Assembly: GCA_036796275.1 (NCBI GenBank)
Contig: DAIRDG010000009.1
Location: 1,911 to 65,910, forward strand
Source: Flavobacterium sp.
Lineage (GTDB): Bacteria; Bacteroidota; Bacteroidia; Flavobacteriales; Flavobacteriaceae
Reading direction: 5' to 3'
DNA length: 64,000 nucleotides
Made by a program: the position numbers and the translations under genes. The notes beneath the pieces are model-generated. The model was not told where the DNA came from. It worked only from the letters and a program-made list of their open reading frames with translations, and made no database searches. Shown in pieces: positions 39,688-48,776 of the stretch (position 1 is its first letter; the number at the start of each line of letters is the position of its first letter).

Positions 39688-40671
39688 TTATTTCATGAAT
39701 TTAGTGAAATCTTTGTGCTCTTCTTTAGCCAATTCTTCTGGAGATAACGACCTAAAGTAATCATATGTAATCTTCATGCCTTCGGCTCTGCCAATTTTTG
39801 CCTCCCAACCTAAAATTTCTTTTGCTTTAGTAATGTCGGGTTGCCTTTGCAAGGGGTCGTTTACAGGCAAGTCTTTGTAGATTATTTTTTGCTGTGTTCC
39901 AGTTAATTTTATAATTTCTTCTGCAAAGTCTTTGATGGTAATTTCATCCGGATTACCAATGTTTACCGGCAAATGATAATCTGAATGCAGTAATCTAAAA
40001 ATTCCTTCTACTTGGTCATCTACATAACAAAATGAGCGGGTTTGGCTACCGTCTCCAAAAACAGTTAAATCTTCTCCTCTTATGGCTTGTCCAATAAACG
40101 CCGGAATGACTCTGCCGTCATTAAGTCTCATTCTTGGGCCATAGGTGTTAAAAATTCTAACTATTCTGGTCTCAAGCCCATGATACGTATGATAAGCCAT
40201 GGTGATGGCTTCTTGGTAGCGTTTAGCTTCATCATACACCCCTCTTGGGCCTATGGAATTCACATTGCCATAATAATCTTCTGTTTGCGGATGCACCAAA
40301 GGGTCACCATAGACTTCGGAAGTTGAGGCAATTAAAATTCTAGCGTTTTTAGCCCTTGCCAAACCTAATAAATTGTGTGTTCCCATGGCACCAACTTTTA
40401 ACGTTTGAATAGGGATTCTAAGATAGTCAATAGGGCTGGCAGGAGAAGCAAAATGAAGAATGTAGTCTAATTTTCCGGGGATGTTTACAAATTTTGTAAC
40501 ATCATGATGATAAAATTCAAAGTGTTCCTCTTTAAAGAGGTGTTCAATGTTTTTTAGGTCGCCCGTAATCAGGTTATCCATTCCAATCACATGAAATCCT
40601 TCTGCTAAAAATCTATCACATAAATGTGATCCTAAAAATCCGGCGGCTCCTGTTATCAGTATATTTTTCAT
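39688..40671 (-). CDS. UDP-glucuronate decarboxylase (UDP-xylose synthase-like SDR)
   Basis: 327 aa. [17 protein letters not shown] and YDEAKR motifs. Confidence 0.82.
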   Translation of the reverse strand: MKNILITGAAGFLGSHLCDRFLAEGFHVIGMDNLITGDLKNIEHLFKEEHFEFYHHDVTKFVNIPGKLDYILHFASPASPIDYLRIPIQTLKVGAMGTHNLLGLARAKNARILIASTSEVYGDPLVHPQTEDYYGNVNSIGPRGVYDEAKRYQEAITMAYHTYHGLETRIVRIFNTYGPRMRLNDGRVIPAFIGQAIRGEDLTVFGDGSQTRSFCYVDDQVEGIFRLLHSDYHLPVNIGNPDEITIKDFAEEIIKLTGTQQKIIYKDLPVNDPLQRQPDITKAKEILGWEAKIGRAEGMKITYDYFRSLSPEELAKEEHKDFTKFMK

Positions 40672-42011
40672 TCGGTAGGTTTGATTGTATTATTGGTGTT
40701 GTGAAAAAAATTTTGTGTAAAAAGTAATAGTAATGTAGTAAAAAAAGTAACGCCTCTTTGCCGCCACAAAAAACATTCTGTGATAAACAAACAAATCATT
40801 AAACCAGAAAAAGCGATGGGTATAAAGTTTGGTTGACTTAAACTGTTTTTAAATAAACTCAAAAGTAAAAACAAAATAATAAACACCCCAAAAATACCAA
40901 CATCGGCCAATAGTTGTAAGTATTGATTGTGAAAATTATTATGCTGATATCCTAATTGATTGGTTGAGCCCATATATAAATCATATTTTTGGGCTTTTTC
41001 TTCTAGTTTTTTATATGAACCATCTAGCCCGTAACCTGATAACCATTTATTTTCTTCATTCATTAATTCAAACAAAACCCTTGCTTGGTATGCTCTAAAA
41101 GCCGTGCCAGGGAAATAGTGATTTGGGCTAAACTTTTGTGCCGTAAGTGCTTCTCTGATACTCACCACCTGAATTCCCTTAGACTCTATTTCGAGCACTT
41201 CATGATTTACGCTTTGCTTGGTGTTAGAATATAATTCTATAACAAAACGATCTTTAATTTTTCCGTACGAAAAAAATAAACCTATAATGCAACCTAAAAT
41301 AATCAGGTTTTTTAATCGCATTTTATAAGAGACTTTAGTGTAGAAAAAAATATTAATTAACAACAGCAAAACAAAAACAATGGTAATGAGTTTTGAAGAC
41401 AATAAAAAAACTAAAAGAGCCAAAACTGCCATGCTTGCTTTTTGAATTTTGCTTTTGTTTGCTTCATTAAAAAAATAAAAAAAAGCTAAGCTCATATACA
41501 CCGATACGTGAATTGCGTTAACTTCTAATGTAACCAATTCATGATAAAAAAACACTTCGGTATTGCCCGTTATAAAAAATCTTATGATGGCTTTTGTTAA
41601 ATAAAAAACTGCATAAATGAGCATGCCATAACTGTAATACTTAATAATTTTTTGCAGGCTTTGGTTTGTAAATTTTGGCGATATTAAAAAAACAAGAGGC
41701 AAAATTAAAAAAGAAAGCCCTCTCGGTATAGCCCTTAATGTATTTTGAGGGTCAATACTCCAAAAATAACTAAATAAAGTAATTAGAAAAAAGACAACTA
41801 GTAAGATCTGTGTTATTTGGATGTTTTTTTGCCAACTTTTGTAATTTAAAAGTGTTGTAATAACTAAATATATAAGCACACCGTTGTTTATTGCAAACGG
41901 TAAAGGAATGGTAATCAGCAACAACACTAAGGGCAAAAACAAAAAATGAACTTGTTGTTCAGTTTTTACCTCTTGCCAAGCATTGTTCAAAAAATTTGAG
42001 GTATTGCTCAT
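40668..42011 (-). CDS. O-antigen ligase / polymerase family membrane protein (Wzy_C-like)
   Basis: 447 aa polytopic protein. [15 protein letters not shown] resembles the Wzy_C loop motif. It overlaps the upstream GT gene by 53 nt. Confidence 0.62.
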   Translation of the reverse strand: MSNTSNFLNNAWQEVKTEQQVHFLFLPLVLLLITIPLPFAINNGVLIYLVITTLLNYKSWQKNIQITQILLVVFFLITLFSYFWSIDPQNTLRAIPRGLSFLILPLVFLISPKFTNQSLQKIIKYYSYGMLIYAVFYLTKAIIRFFITGNTEVFFYHELVTLEVNAIHVSVYMSLAFFYFFNEANKSKIQKASMAVLALLVFLLSSKLITIVFVLLLLINIFFYTKVSYKMRLKNLIILGCIIGLFFSYGKIKDRFVIELYSNTKQSVNHEVLEIESKGIQVVSIREALTAQKFSPNHYFPGTAFRAYQARVLFELMNEENKWLSGYGLDGSYKKLEEKAQKYDLYMGSTNQLGYQHNNFHNQYLQLLADVGIFGVFIILFLLLSLFKNSLSQPNFIPIAFSGLMICLFITECFLWRQRGVTFFTTLLLLFTQNFFHNTNNTIKPTE

Positions 42012-43059
42012 TGATATTATCCCAATTAAATACTTTTTTTATGGTTTCAAAATTGTTTTTAACTAATTGCAAGTTATCAATTTTTTTGATATTTTTTATA
42101 ATATTCTTAACGTCTCTGCTGTCTTTAAAATAAACTGCGTTTTGCTCTAAGATGCTCTGATTAAACTCATTTTGATGAGCTGCAATAAAGGCTTGCGAGG
42201 CCATGGCTTCTAGTAAAGAGGGGTTGGTGCCTCCAACAGAATGCCCATGAAAATATATTTGAGAAAAGTACCGCAAGTTGTTTAAATCTTCTAGATGATA
42301 TATCTGACCTAAAAACTTGATATTATCATAGTTTTGATATCTTTTTTTAAGAAAACTTCCAAACTTATTTTGATGATTGCCAATAACTACAAACCTGTCT
42401 TTAGACTCTGACTCAACAAAACCATCTAAAATAATTTGTAAATTATTTTCTGGTTCAAACCTAGCAATCAGCAAATGATAAGCCTTGGATTCTAATTGAT
42501 ATTTTTTGAGCACCTCGGGGTTTGGTTCATCAAAAACATCAGCTCCATAGGCTATGTAAGTAGATTTTTTTTGGTAGGTCTTGTCGAGGTATTTTTTTAT
42601 ACCAATGCTATCAGACACTAAATAATCACTTGATTGAACCGCCAATTTTTCTGCAAACTTTAAAAACCTTTGCACCAGCTTATTATACTTGGTGCGTTTC
42701 CATTCTAGGCCATCCATATTGGTGATGATAATAGGCTTTTTGGGTAACAAAAAATACCACACAGAACTACTGGTATACCCTAATTGCAAAATAATATCAA
42801 AATTTCTGGCTCTTGCATCTTTAATGCAATTTAAATCATATAAAAACTGACCTGCAGTGCCATATTTTGGTTCATAATCAAACTGATAAATGAGTTGTAC
42901 TCCTTTATATGTTTTTTCTTGATACGGGTGATGATGAATGTTATAACAATAAACCTCATGCCCTTTTTCGGCTAGAAATACGGCAAAATATTCGGCAAAC
43001 TGTTCAAATCCTCCGTAATAATTAGGGATGCCTCTTGTGCCTAAAATAGCTACTTTCAT
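41959..43059 (-). CDS. Glycosyltransferase family 1/4 with DUF1972-type N-terminus
   Basis: 366 aa. MKVAILGTRGIPNYYGGFEQF (DUF1972 signature) and a C-terminal GT1 E-x7-E-like region (GGTNPSLLEAMA). Confidence 0.8.
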   Translation of the reverse strand: MKVAILGTRGIPNYYGGFEQFAEYFAVFLAEKGHEVYCYNIHHHPYQEKTYKGVQLIYQFDYEPKYGTAGQFLYDLNCIKDARARNFDIILQLGYTSSSVWYFLLPKKPIIITNMDGLEWKRTKYNKLVQRFLKFAEKLAVQSSDYLVSDSIGIKKYLDKTYQKKSTYIAYGADVFDEPNPEVLKKYQLESKAYHLLIARFEPENNLQIILDGFVESESKDRFVVIGNHQNKFGSFLKKRYQNYDNIKFLGQIYHLEDLNNLRYFSQIYFHGHSVGGTNPSLLEAMASQAFIAAHQNEFNQSILEQNAVYFKDSRDVKNIIKNIKKIDNLQLVKNNFETIKKVFNWDNINEQYLKFFEQCLARGKN

Positions 43060-43062
43060 TGG

Positions 43063-43494
43063 TTATTTACATGCTATTTTATCAACTCTGTTGGCGTGTC
43101 TTCCGCCTTCAAATGGAGTATCTAAAAAAACTTTAACCATCTCTACTGCTTGTTCAATAGACGTGAATCTGGCGGGTATACTAATCACGTTGGCATCGTT
43201 ATGTTGTCTTGCCAGAGCAGCTATCTCTTTAGTCCAACATAGGGCTGCCCGCACTTGTTGATGTTTGTTTACTGTCATGGCTATGCCATTGCCAGAGCCA
43301 CAAATTACTATGCCAAAATCTGCCCTCTTATCCACCACATCCAAAGCAACCAAATGGCCAAAATCGGGATAATCTACACTGTTAAAAGTATTGGTGCCAT
43401 GATTGAAGACATGGTGACCTTGTTTTTCTAAAAAATTTGTGATAGCCGTTTTATAAGCCGGACCTGCATGGTCATTTCCAATGGAGATATTCAT
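43063..43494 (-). CDS. rpiB: Ribose-5-phosphate isomerase B
   Basis: 143 aa. IGNDHAG and ICGSGNGIAM motifs. Confidence 0.9.
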   Translation of the reverse strand: MNISIGNDHAGPAYKTAITNFLEKQGHHVFNHGTNTFNSVDYPDFGHLVALDVVDKRADFGIVICGSGNGIAMTVNKHQQVRAALCWTKEIAALARQHNDANVISIPARFTSIEQAVEMVKVFLDTPFEGGRHANRVDKIACK

Positions 43495-44050
43495 GAAACG
43501 TATTTTTATATCATTACAAAGTTATTATGTTTTGTATAATTACGTTGATTTCTTAATTTTATTATAATTTTTTAGTGTTAAATTTTATGTTGTTAATTGT
43601 TTTTTACAATTCGTTGATTTTCAGTTAACTTTAAATTAACACAAATTGTTAATATCCTCTTATAAAATTTAAAAGATTTTTATGGTTTGCACACAAAAAT
43701 TTATAATGCAATAAACATCGACATAACAATGTTTTTTTATGAGAATTTTTTTTAAAATTATAAACAAAAAACAGCGGGATATTAACCAAAGTTTTAAAAC
43801 AAAAGTATTAAAAATTTGATATAAAATTTGTTATTAACGCTTGTTAATAAACTATACTAATCTCAAACTTTAATGGATTTTTTATGGTTAATTATTTGTT
43901 GCAAACTATTCATAAATTATAAATCTGTTTAATTATTTAAAAGAAATACACTTCATTAACAAGCTATAATCATCAATATATTTTTTAAATAATTTTAAAT
44001 TTATTTTTTTGCTTTTAATGATTGTTAAAAACTCCCTTAAAATTAAAAAT

Positions 44051-44293
44051 TTATTTTACAATCTTTAGTTCTGAATTGTTGTTTAAATTATTCAATATGT
44101 TTTGAACTAAGGTAATATCTTTTGGATGAATTTTTAACTGAATGCCACCATAAGCTAAACTTGCCAAGGGGTCTACAGAAATAATAGTTTCGTTTTGAAA
44201 AAAATGTGCTATGCCTTCGTACTCTAAAATTGATTTTAACACTACAATTTCAGAGGGATAAGTAAACGAAGCAATCGTGATAAATTCAGCCAT
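44051..44293 (-). CDS. DUF2007 domain protein (putative signal-transducing, PII-like fold)
   Basis: 80 aa. The pattern (ASFTYPSEIVVLKSILEYEGI...) fits my recollection of DUF2007. Confidence 0.55.
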   Translation of the reverse strand: MAEFITIASFTYPSEIVVLKSILEYEGIAHFFQNETIISVDPLASLAYGGIQLKIHPKDITLVQNILNNLNNNSELKIVK

Positions 44294-44381
44294 TTATAAA
44301 ATTTGTTATAAATTTAATATTTAAATAACTATCTTGTACGAAATTTGAAAAAATTTAGAATTTATTATAAGATTTAAATGA

Positions 44382-46559
44382 ATGAAAAGTAGAAAACCAA
44401 AAGCAAAAAAAATCCTTGATTACATCTCAGATATTATAAAAATAACTAATCAAGATCCCAAAAAAATATTTAACTATAAACAAATTGCCGCCAAACTTGA
44501 GCTTACAGACACCAAAAGCAGAAACCAAATTATAAAAGATCTGAAAATTTTGGTTGCTCAAAAAAAACTGTCAGAAGTAGAGCCTGGCAAATACCAATCT
44601 AATCAATCATCGCAATTTTATGAGGGTTACATAGACATGACTTCAAGAAAAACAGGCTATTTTGTTTGTGATGAATTAGAAGAGGATGTTTTTGTTCCGT
44701 TTGTAAACCTCAACAAAGCTTTGCATCAAGACACCGTAAAAGTATACGTGTATAACAGACGCAGCAATCGTAGGCCAGAGGCCGAAGTACAAGAAATTAT
44801 CAAACGAGCCAAAACTGAATTTGTAGGGGTTATTGATGTGCAAAAAAACTTTGCATTTGTTACCACGGCCAACCCAAAAATGTATACTGATATTTTTATA
44901 TCAAAAAACAACCTCAACGGAGCCGAACATGGAGATGTGGTTTTAGTGAGTATTGAAGATTGGCCTGCCAAAGCCGATAGTCCTTTTGGTAAAGTTATCA
45001 AAGTTTTAGGCAAACCAGGCGAACAATCTACAGAAATGCATGCTATCTTGGCAGAATACGGCTTGCCCTATGATTTTCCGATAGAAGTAGAAACCTTTGC
45101 CAACAAAATAGATACCTCAATTAGTGATGAAGAAGTAAAACAGAGAAGAGATTTTAGAGAGGTTTTAACTTGTACCATAGATCCAAAAGATGCCAAAGAT
45201 TTAGATGATGCTTTGTCTTTTAGAACCTTAGAAAATGGTAATTACGAAATAGGTGTTCACATAGCTGATGTTACCCATTATTTGCAAGAAAATACCATAT
45301 TAGACGAAGAAGCATATAGCAGAGCTACTTCGGTTTATTTAGTAGACAGGGTTGTGCCAATGCTTCCAGAAGTATTAAGCAACGATGCCTGTTCATTAAA
45401 CCCGAATGAAGATAAATATACGTTTTCGGCTGTGTTTGAATTAAATAACAAGGCTGAAATCATCAACCAATGGTTTGGCAAAACCATCATTAATTGCAAT
45501 CAAAGATTTGCTTATGAAGATGCTCAGTACATCATAGAGACCCAACAAGCTGATGTACCTGCCGAAAAATCATTTTCTGATAAAGCCTATCAAGTAGATA
45601 CTCAAACTTTTGAAGCCATTACAACTTTAGATAAACTGGCAAAAATTTTAAGAAAAAAACGCATGGCCAATGGGGCAATTTCGTTTGATAAGGTTGAAGT
45701 AAAATTTATCTTAGACAACCAAGCCGAACCCACAGGCGTTTATTTTAAAGAACAAAAAGATGCCAATCATTTAATAGAAGAATTTATGCTCTTAGCCAAC
45801 AGAAAAGTAGCAGAATATATTGGTAAACAAAAAAAGACCTTTGTCTACAGAGTGCATGACGAGCCCAATGATGACAAACTAATGGCCTTGCAAGGTGTTA
45901 TTGGAAAATTTGGTTATAAAATTGATTTAAGAAACCGCAAAAGTGTATCGGATTCCTTAAACCAATTATTGCAAAGCGTAAAAGGCAAAAAGGAACAAAA
46001 CATGGTAGACACCCTTACCATACGCACCATGAGTAAAGCTATTTATTCAACTAACAATAATGGGCACTATGGTTTAGCATTTGATTACTATAGCCATTTT
46101 ACCTCACCAATCAGACGATACCCAGACGTCATGGTACATCGCCTATTACAACATTATTTAGACGGACATAAAAGCGTGAGCGAAGAATTGTTTGAAGAAA
46201 AAAGTAAACATTGCACCAACAGAGAAATTTTGGCCACCCAAGCCGAAAGAGATTCTATTAAATACATGCAAATCAAATATATGCAAAACCACAACAATCA
46301 GGAATTTTTAGGGGTAATTTCTGGAGTAACGGAGTGGGGAATTTATGTAGAAATTATAGAAAATAAATGCGAAGGCATGGTACGGGTAAGAGAAATTAAA
46401 GAAGATTATTATGTCTTTGACGAACAACAATATGCCTACGTTGGCCAAGCTACTAAACAATTACTACAATTAGGAGACGAGATTGTTGTAAAAGTAAAGC
46501 ATGCCGATTTGGTAAAAAAGCAACTTGACTTTTACTATATCAATAAGAAAGTTGAATAA
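44382..46559 (+). CDS. rnr: Ribonuclease R
   Basis: 725 aa. RNB domain motifs (IDPKDAKDLDDALS, HFTSPIRRYPD), cold-shock-like N-terminal domains and a C-terminal S1 domain. Confidence 0.93.
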   Translation: MKSRKPKAKKILDYISDIIKITNQDPKKIFNYKQIAAKLELTDTKSRNQIIKDLKILVAQKKLSEVEPGKYQSNQSSQFYEGYIDMTSRKTGYFVCDELEEDVFVPFVNLNKALHQDTVKVYVYNRRSNRRPEAEVQEIIKRAKTEFVGVIDVQKNFAFVTTANPKMYTDIFISKNNLNGAEHGDVVLVSIEDWPAKADSPFGKVIKVLGKPGEQSTEMHAILAEYGLPYDFPIEVETFANKIDTSISDEEVKQRRDFREVLTCTIDPKDAKDLDDALSFRTLENGNYEIGVHIADVTHYLQENTILDEEAYSRATSVYLVDRVVPMLPEVLSNDACSLNPNEDKYTFSAVFELNNKAEIINQWFGKTIINCNQRFAYEDAQYIIETQQADVPAEKSFSDKAYQVDTQTFEAITTLDKLAKILRKKRMANGAISFDKVEVKFILDNQAEPTGVYFKEQKDANHLIEEFMLLANRKVAEYIGKQKKTFVYRVHDEPNDDKLMALQGVIGKFGYKIDLRNRKSVSDSLNQLLQSVKGKKEQNMVDTLTIRTMSKAIYSTNNNGHYGLAFDYYSHFTSPIRRYPDVMVHRLLQHYLDGHKSVSEELFEEKSKHCTNREILATQAERDSIKYMQIKYMQNHNNQEFLGVISGVTEWGIYVEIIENKCEGMVRVREIKEDYYVFDEQQYAYVGQATKQLLQLGDEIVVKVKHADLVKKQLDFYYINKKVE

Positions 46560-46686
46560 CTATTTTACAAATAGTATCACTTTTTTATAACTATACTTTA
46601 CAAATAGTATTACTTTTTTATAACCATACTTTACAAATAGCATCACTTTTTTATAACTATACTTTACGAATAGTTATTTTTTTAAT
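46560..46686. repeat. Tandem direct repeat, ~33-bp unit, about 3.5 copies
   Basis: Copy 1 is 46560..46590 (2-nt shorter). Copy 2 is 46591..46623, CTATACTTTACAAATAGTATTACTTTTTTATAA. Copy 3 is 46624..46656, with 3 mismatches. Copy 4 starts at 46657 and is degenerate. Each unit carries ATACT-N8-AGTAT. Confidence 0.9.
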
Positions 46687-46695
46687 GACTTTTTA

Positions 46696-46703
46696 TATCT
46701 TTG
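46696..46703 (+). promoter_or_regulatory. -7 promoter box TATCTTTG
   Basis: Matches TAnnTTTG. It lies just after the repeat array and 24 nt before the GTG start at 46727. Confidence 0.35.
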
Positions 46704-46726
46704 TAATAAATTAAATCATTAATATA

Positions 46727-47908
46727 GTGAGTTTTAAAAGAAAAATATTTAATCAACTTCAATTGCATTTAGAAAAAAAGCAAATTACAGTTTTAACTGG
46801 CATGCGAAGAACAGGAAAAACTACGCTGGTAAAACAGTTAATGGAAGTCTCAAAAATTGAGCAAAAACTTTTTTTTGATTTAGAAAAAATTGAAAACAGA
46901 CAGTTATTCAACTATGAGAATTACGATGACACAATCAATATTTTGTCTCAACAAGGTATTGATTTTTCAAAGAAAGTTTTGTTGTGTTTAGATGAGATTC
47001 AATTACTACAAAATATTGTTAGTGTTATAAAATACTTATATGATCACTATGATATCAAGTTTATCATCACTGGTTCTAGTTCTTATTATCTAAAAAATAA
47101 ATTTCAAGAATCTTTAGCAGGCAGAAAACGCATATTTGACATATATCCTTTAGATTTTGGAGAATATTTAATATTTAATGAAATTAAATTTAAGTCAAAT
47201 GAAACATTATCTGAAATAAAATTTTCGGAAACCGAATTTAAAAGATTATCTGTTCATTATGAACAATTCATTAACTTTGGTGGTTTTCCGGAAGTAGTTC
47301 TAACACCAAATAATGACGATAAAATTGAGCTTATTAAAGACATCATCAATTCCTATATCAATATAGATTTAGTTCAATTGTCAGACATCAGAAAAATAAA
47401 CGATTTAAATCAATTAATTTATTTATTAGCTGCTAGAGTTGGTTCAAAAATAGATATTTCAAAATTGGCTAGTGCTACAAAACTAGCTCGTCAAACAGTA
47501 GAAAATTATATTTATGTGCTAGAAAATACTTATTTTTTAAAAACCATTCCTGTTTTTTCAAATAATCCTGACAGAGAAATTGTAAAATCAAAAAAATTAT
47601 ATTTTTTAGATAATGGCATATTGAATGTATTAGCTGACTTAAGCAGTGGATCAAAATTTGAAAATGCTATGTATAATCAATTATCACATCTTGGCAACAT
47701 CAGCTATTATCAACTAAAAACAGGTCAAGAAATTGATTTTATACTCAACAAAAAAATAGCCGTAGAAGTTAAAGAAACACCCTATTACAATGACTTAAAT
47801 AAAACCATGCGATTGGCTAAAAACATGGATATCAGCGAAGGATATGTTGTATATAAAAATTTTATTGAAGAATTACCAAACAACATTTGGGGCGGAATGA
47901 TCAGATAA
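46727..47908 (+). CDS. AAA+ ATPase with DUF4143-type C-terminal domain (AAA_14/DUF4143 family)
   Basis: 393 aa. Walker A GMRRTGKTT, Walker B LLCLDEIQ, and a C-terminal region typical of DUF4143 (GFPE..., EIDFIL...). GTG start. The gene is visibly more AT-rich than its neighbours. Confidence 0.75.
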   Translation: MSFKRKIFNQLQLHLEKKQITVLTGMRRTGKTTLVKQLMEVSKIEQKLFFDLEKIENRQLFNYENYDDTINILSQQGIDFSKKVLLCLDEIQLLQNIVSVIKYLYDHYDIKFIITGSSSYYLKNKFQESLAGRKRIFDIYPLDFGEYLIFNEIKFKSNETLSEIKFSETEFKRLSVHYEQFINFGGFPEVVLTPNNDDKIELIKDIINSYINIDLVQLSDIRKINDLNQLIYLLAARVGSKIDISKLASATKLARQTVENYIYVLENTYFLKTIPVFSNNPDREIVKSKKLYFLDNGILNVLADLSSGSKFENAMYNQLSHLGNISYYQLKTGQEIDFILNKKIAVEVKETPYYNDLNKTMRLAKNMDISEGYVVYKNFIEELPNNIWGGMIR

Positions 47909-48027
47909 TACTTTTTTTAGGCCATAAAATCATCATAATAAACACCTTTTTTAAGTTTACTGAAACACAATATGGCATGATAATTGGTGTTTTAATTCAA
48001 TAACAATAACCCAAAAACACAACAAAA

Positions 48028-48708
48028 ATGAATAAATTATTCTTTTTAGTATTATTTTCATCACTTTTAGGATTATCACAAAGTAGAACAATTGAACTGT
48101 CTGATTTTAATAACCTAAAATTATTTGACAGGATAAATCTTGTTTTGGTGCCGAGCAACGAAAACAAATTAATCTTAGAGGGCACCAATGCCAACGAGGT
48201 AAATGTTTTAGAAAGAGGCAATGAATTACGCATAAGACTTCCCCTTACTCAACTCTTGCAAGGCGATAACATTGAAGCTGTTTTGTATTATAAAGAATTA
48301 ACAATCATCGAAGCTAACGAGGGTTCGGTTATCCAATCCTCAAAACCTTGGGTTGGCAACAACCTCAAAATAAATGCAAAAGAAGGATCACAAATTGAGT
48401 TAACATTAGAAGCTAAAACCCTAGATACCAAACTTGGCTCTGGTGCCAAAGTAGAAATAAAAGGAAACGCTAATCTGCATCAAGCTATTATTAATTCCGG
48501 GGCAGTGCTTGAGGCTAGAGATTTTAAGACAAAAAAAACAGAAATAACTTGCAATGCAGGCGGTGAAGCAGACGTGTTTGCTTCAGAAAAAGTGGTGGCA
48601 AAAACCAGAGCGGGAGGAGATATTGTTATTTTTGGAAATCCTGACAACATAGACAGAAAAACAGTTTTAGGTGGCAGTATTAAACTCATAGAAGAAATTA
48701 AGAGGTAA
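48028..48708 (+). CDS. DUF2807 / head GIN domain protein (beta-helix, secreted)
   Basis: 226 aa. Signal peptide, then repetitive beta-strand pattern with GSGAKVEIKG / GGEADVFA / AGGDIVIFGNP repeats. Confidence 0.62.
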   Translation: MNKLFFLVLFSSLLGLSQSRTIELSDFNNLKLFDRINLVLVPSNENKLILEGTNANEVNVLERGNELRIRLPLTQLLQGDNIEAVLYYKELTIIEANEGSVIQSSKPWVGNNLKINAKEGSQIELTLEAKTLDTKLGSGAKVEIKGNANLHQAIINSGAVLEARDFKTKKTEITCNAGGEADVFASEKVVAKTRAGGDIVIFGNPDNIDRKTVLGGSIKLIEEIKR

Positions 48709-48733
48709 ATTTTTAACAGCTAAAAGGAAAGCT

Positions 48734-48765
48734 TAAACAATTTTTAAATTAAAGAAAATTGTTTA
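48734..48765 (+). terminator. AT-rich hairpin with 11-bp perfect arms after the DUF2807 gene
   Basis: TAAACAATTTT (48734..48744) pairs with AAAATTGTTTA (48755..48765), followed by CTTTT. The stem is weak and entirely A/T-rich. Confidence 0.35.
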
Positions 48766-48776
48766 CTTTTGATTTT

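Noticed and set aside
41959-42011. 53-nt overlap between the GT1 and Wzy-like genes as evidence of a frameshifted fusion or programmed frameshift
   Set aside because: Both ORFs are full length with sensible termini, and there is no slippery heptamer. More likely it is a genuine overlap or an alternative non-ATG start that I cannot resolve by eye.
43648-43776. 10-bp perfect inverted repeat GTTAATATCC / GGATATTAAC, 109 bp apart, as a possible invertible promoter for the polysaccharide operon
   Set aside because: In a 556-bp stretch this AT-rich, a 10-bp inverted match is roughly what chance predicts. Known Bacteroides invertible promoters have longer repeats, and no recombinase gene is nearby.
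43495-44050. Replication origin (oriC) in the long AT-rich gap
   Set aside because: There are no TTATCCACA-type DnaA boxes, no dnaA or dnaN nearby, and no switch in gene orientation bias around it.
46560-46686. CRISPR array
   Set aside because: The repeats are directly contiguous with no unique spacers, there are only about 3.5 copies, and no cas genes lie in the window.
47909-48027. AAACACC / GGTGTTT 7-bp inverted repeat after the ATPase gene, as a terminator or an element end matching the upstream repeats
   Set aside because: The loop is about 39 nt, there is no T-tract, and the sequence bears no similarity to the 33-bp tandem unit, so it does not mark a paired element boundary.
47997-48233. 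Minus-strand 78-aa ORF overlapping the start of the DUF2807 gene
   Set aside because: It is antisense to a gene with a clear signal peptide and repeat structure, and its translation has no motif.
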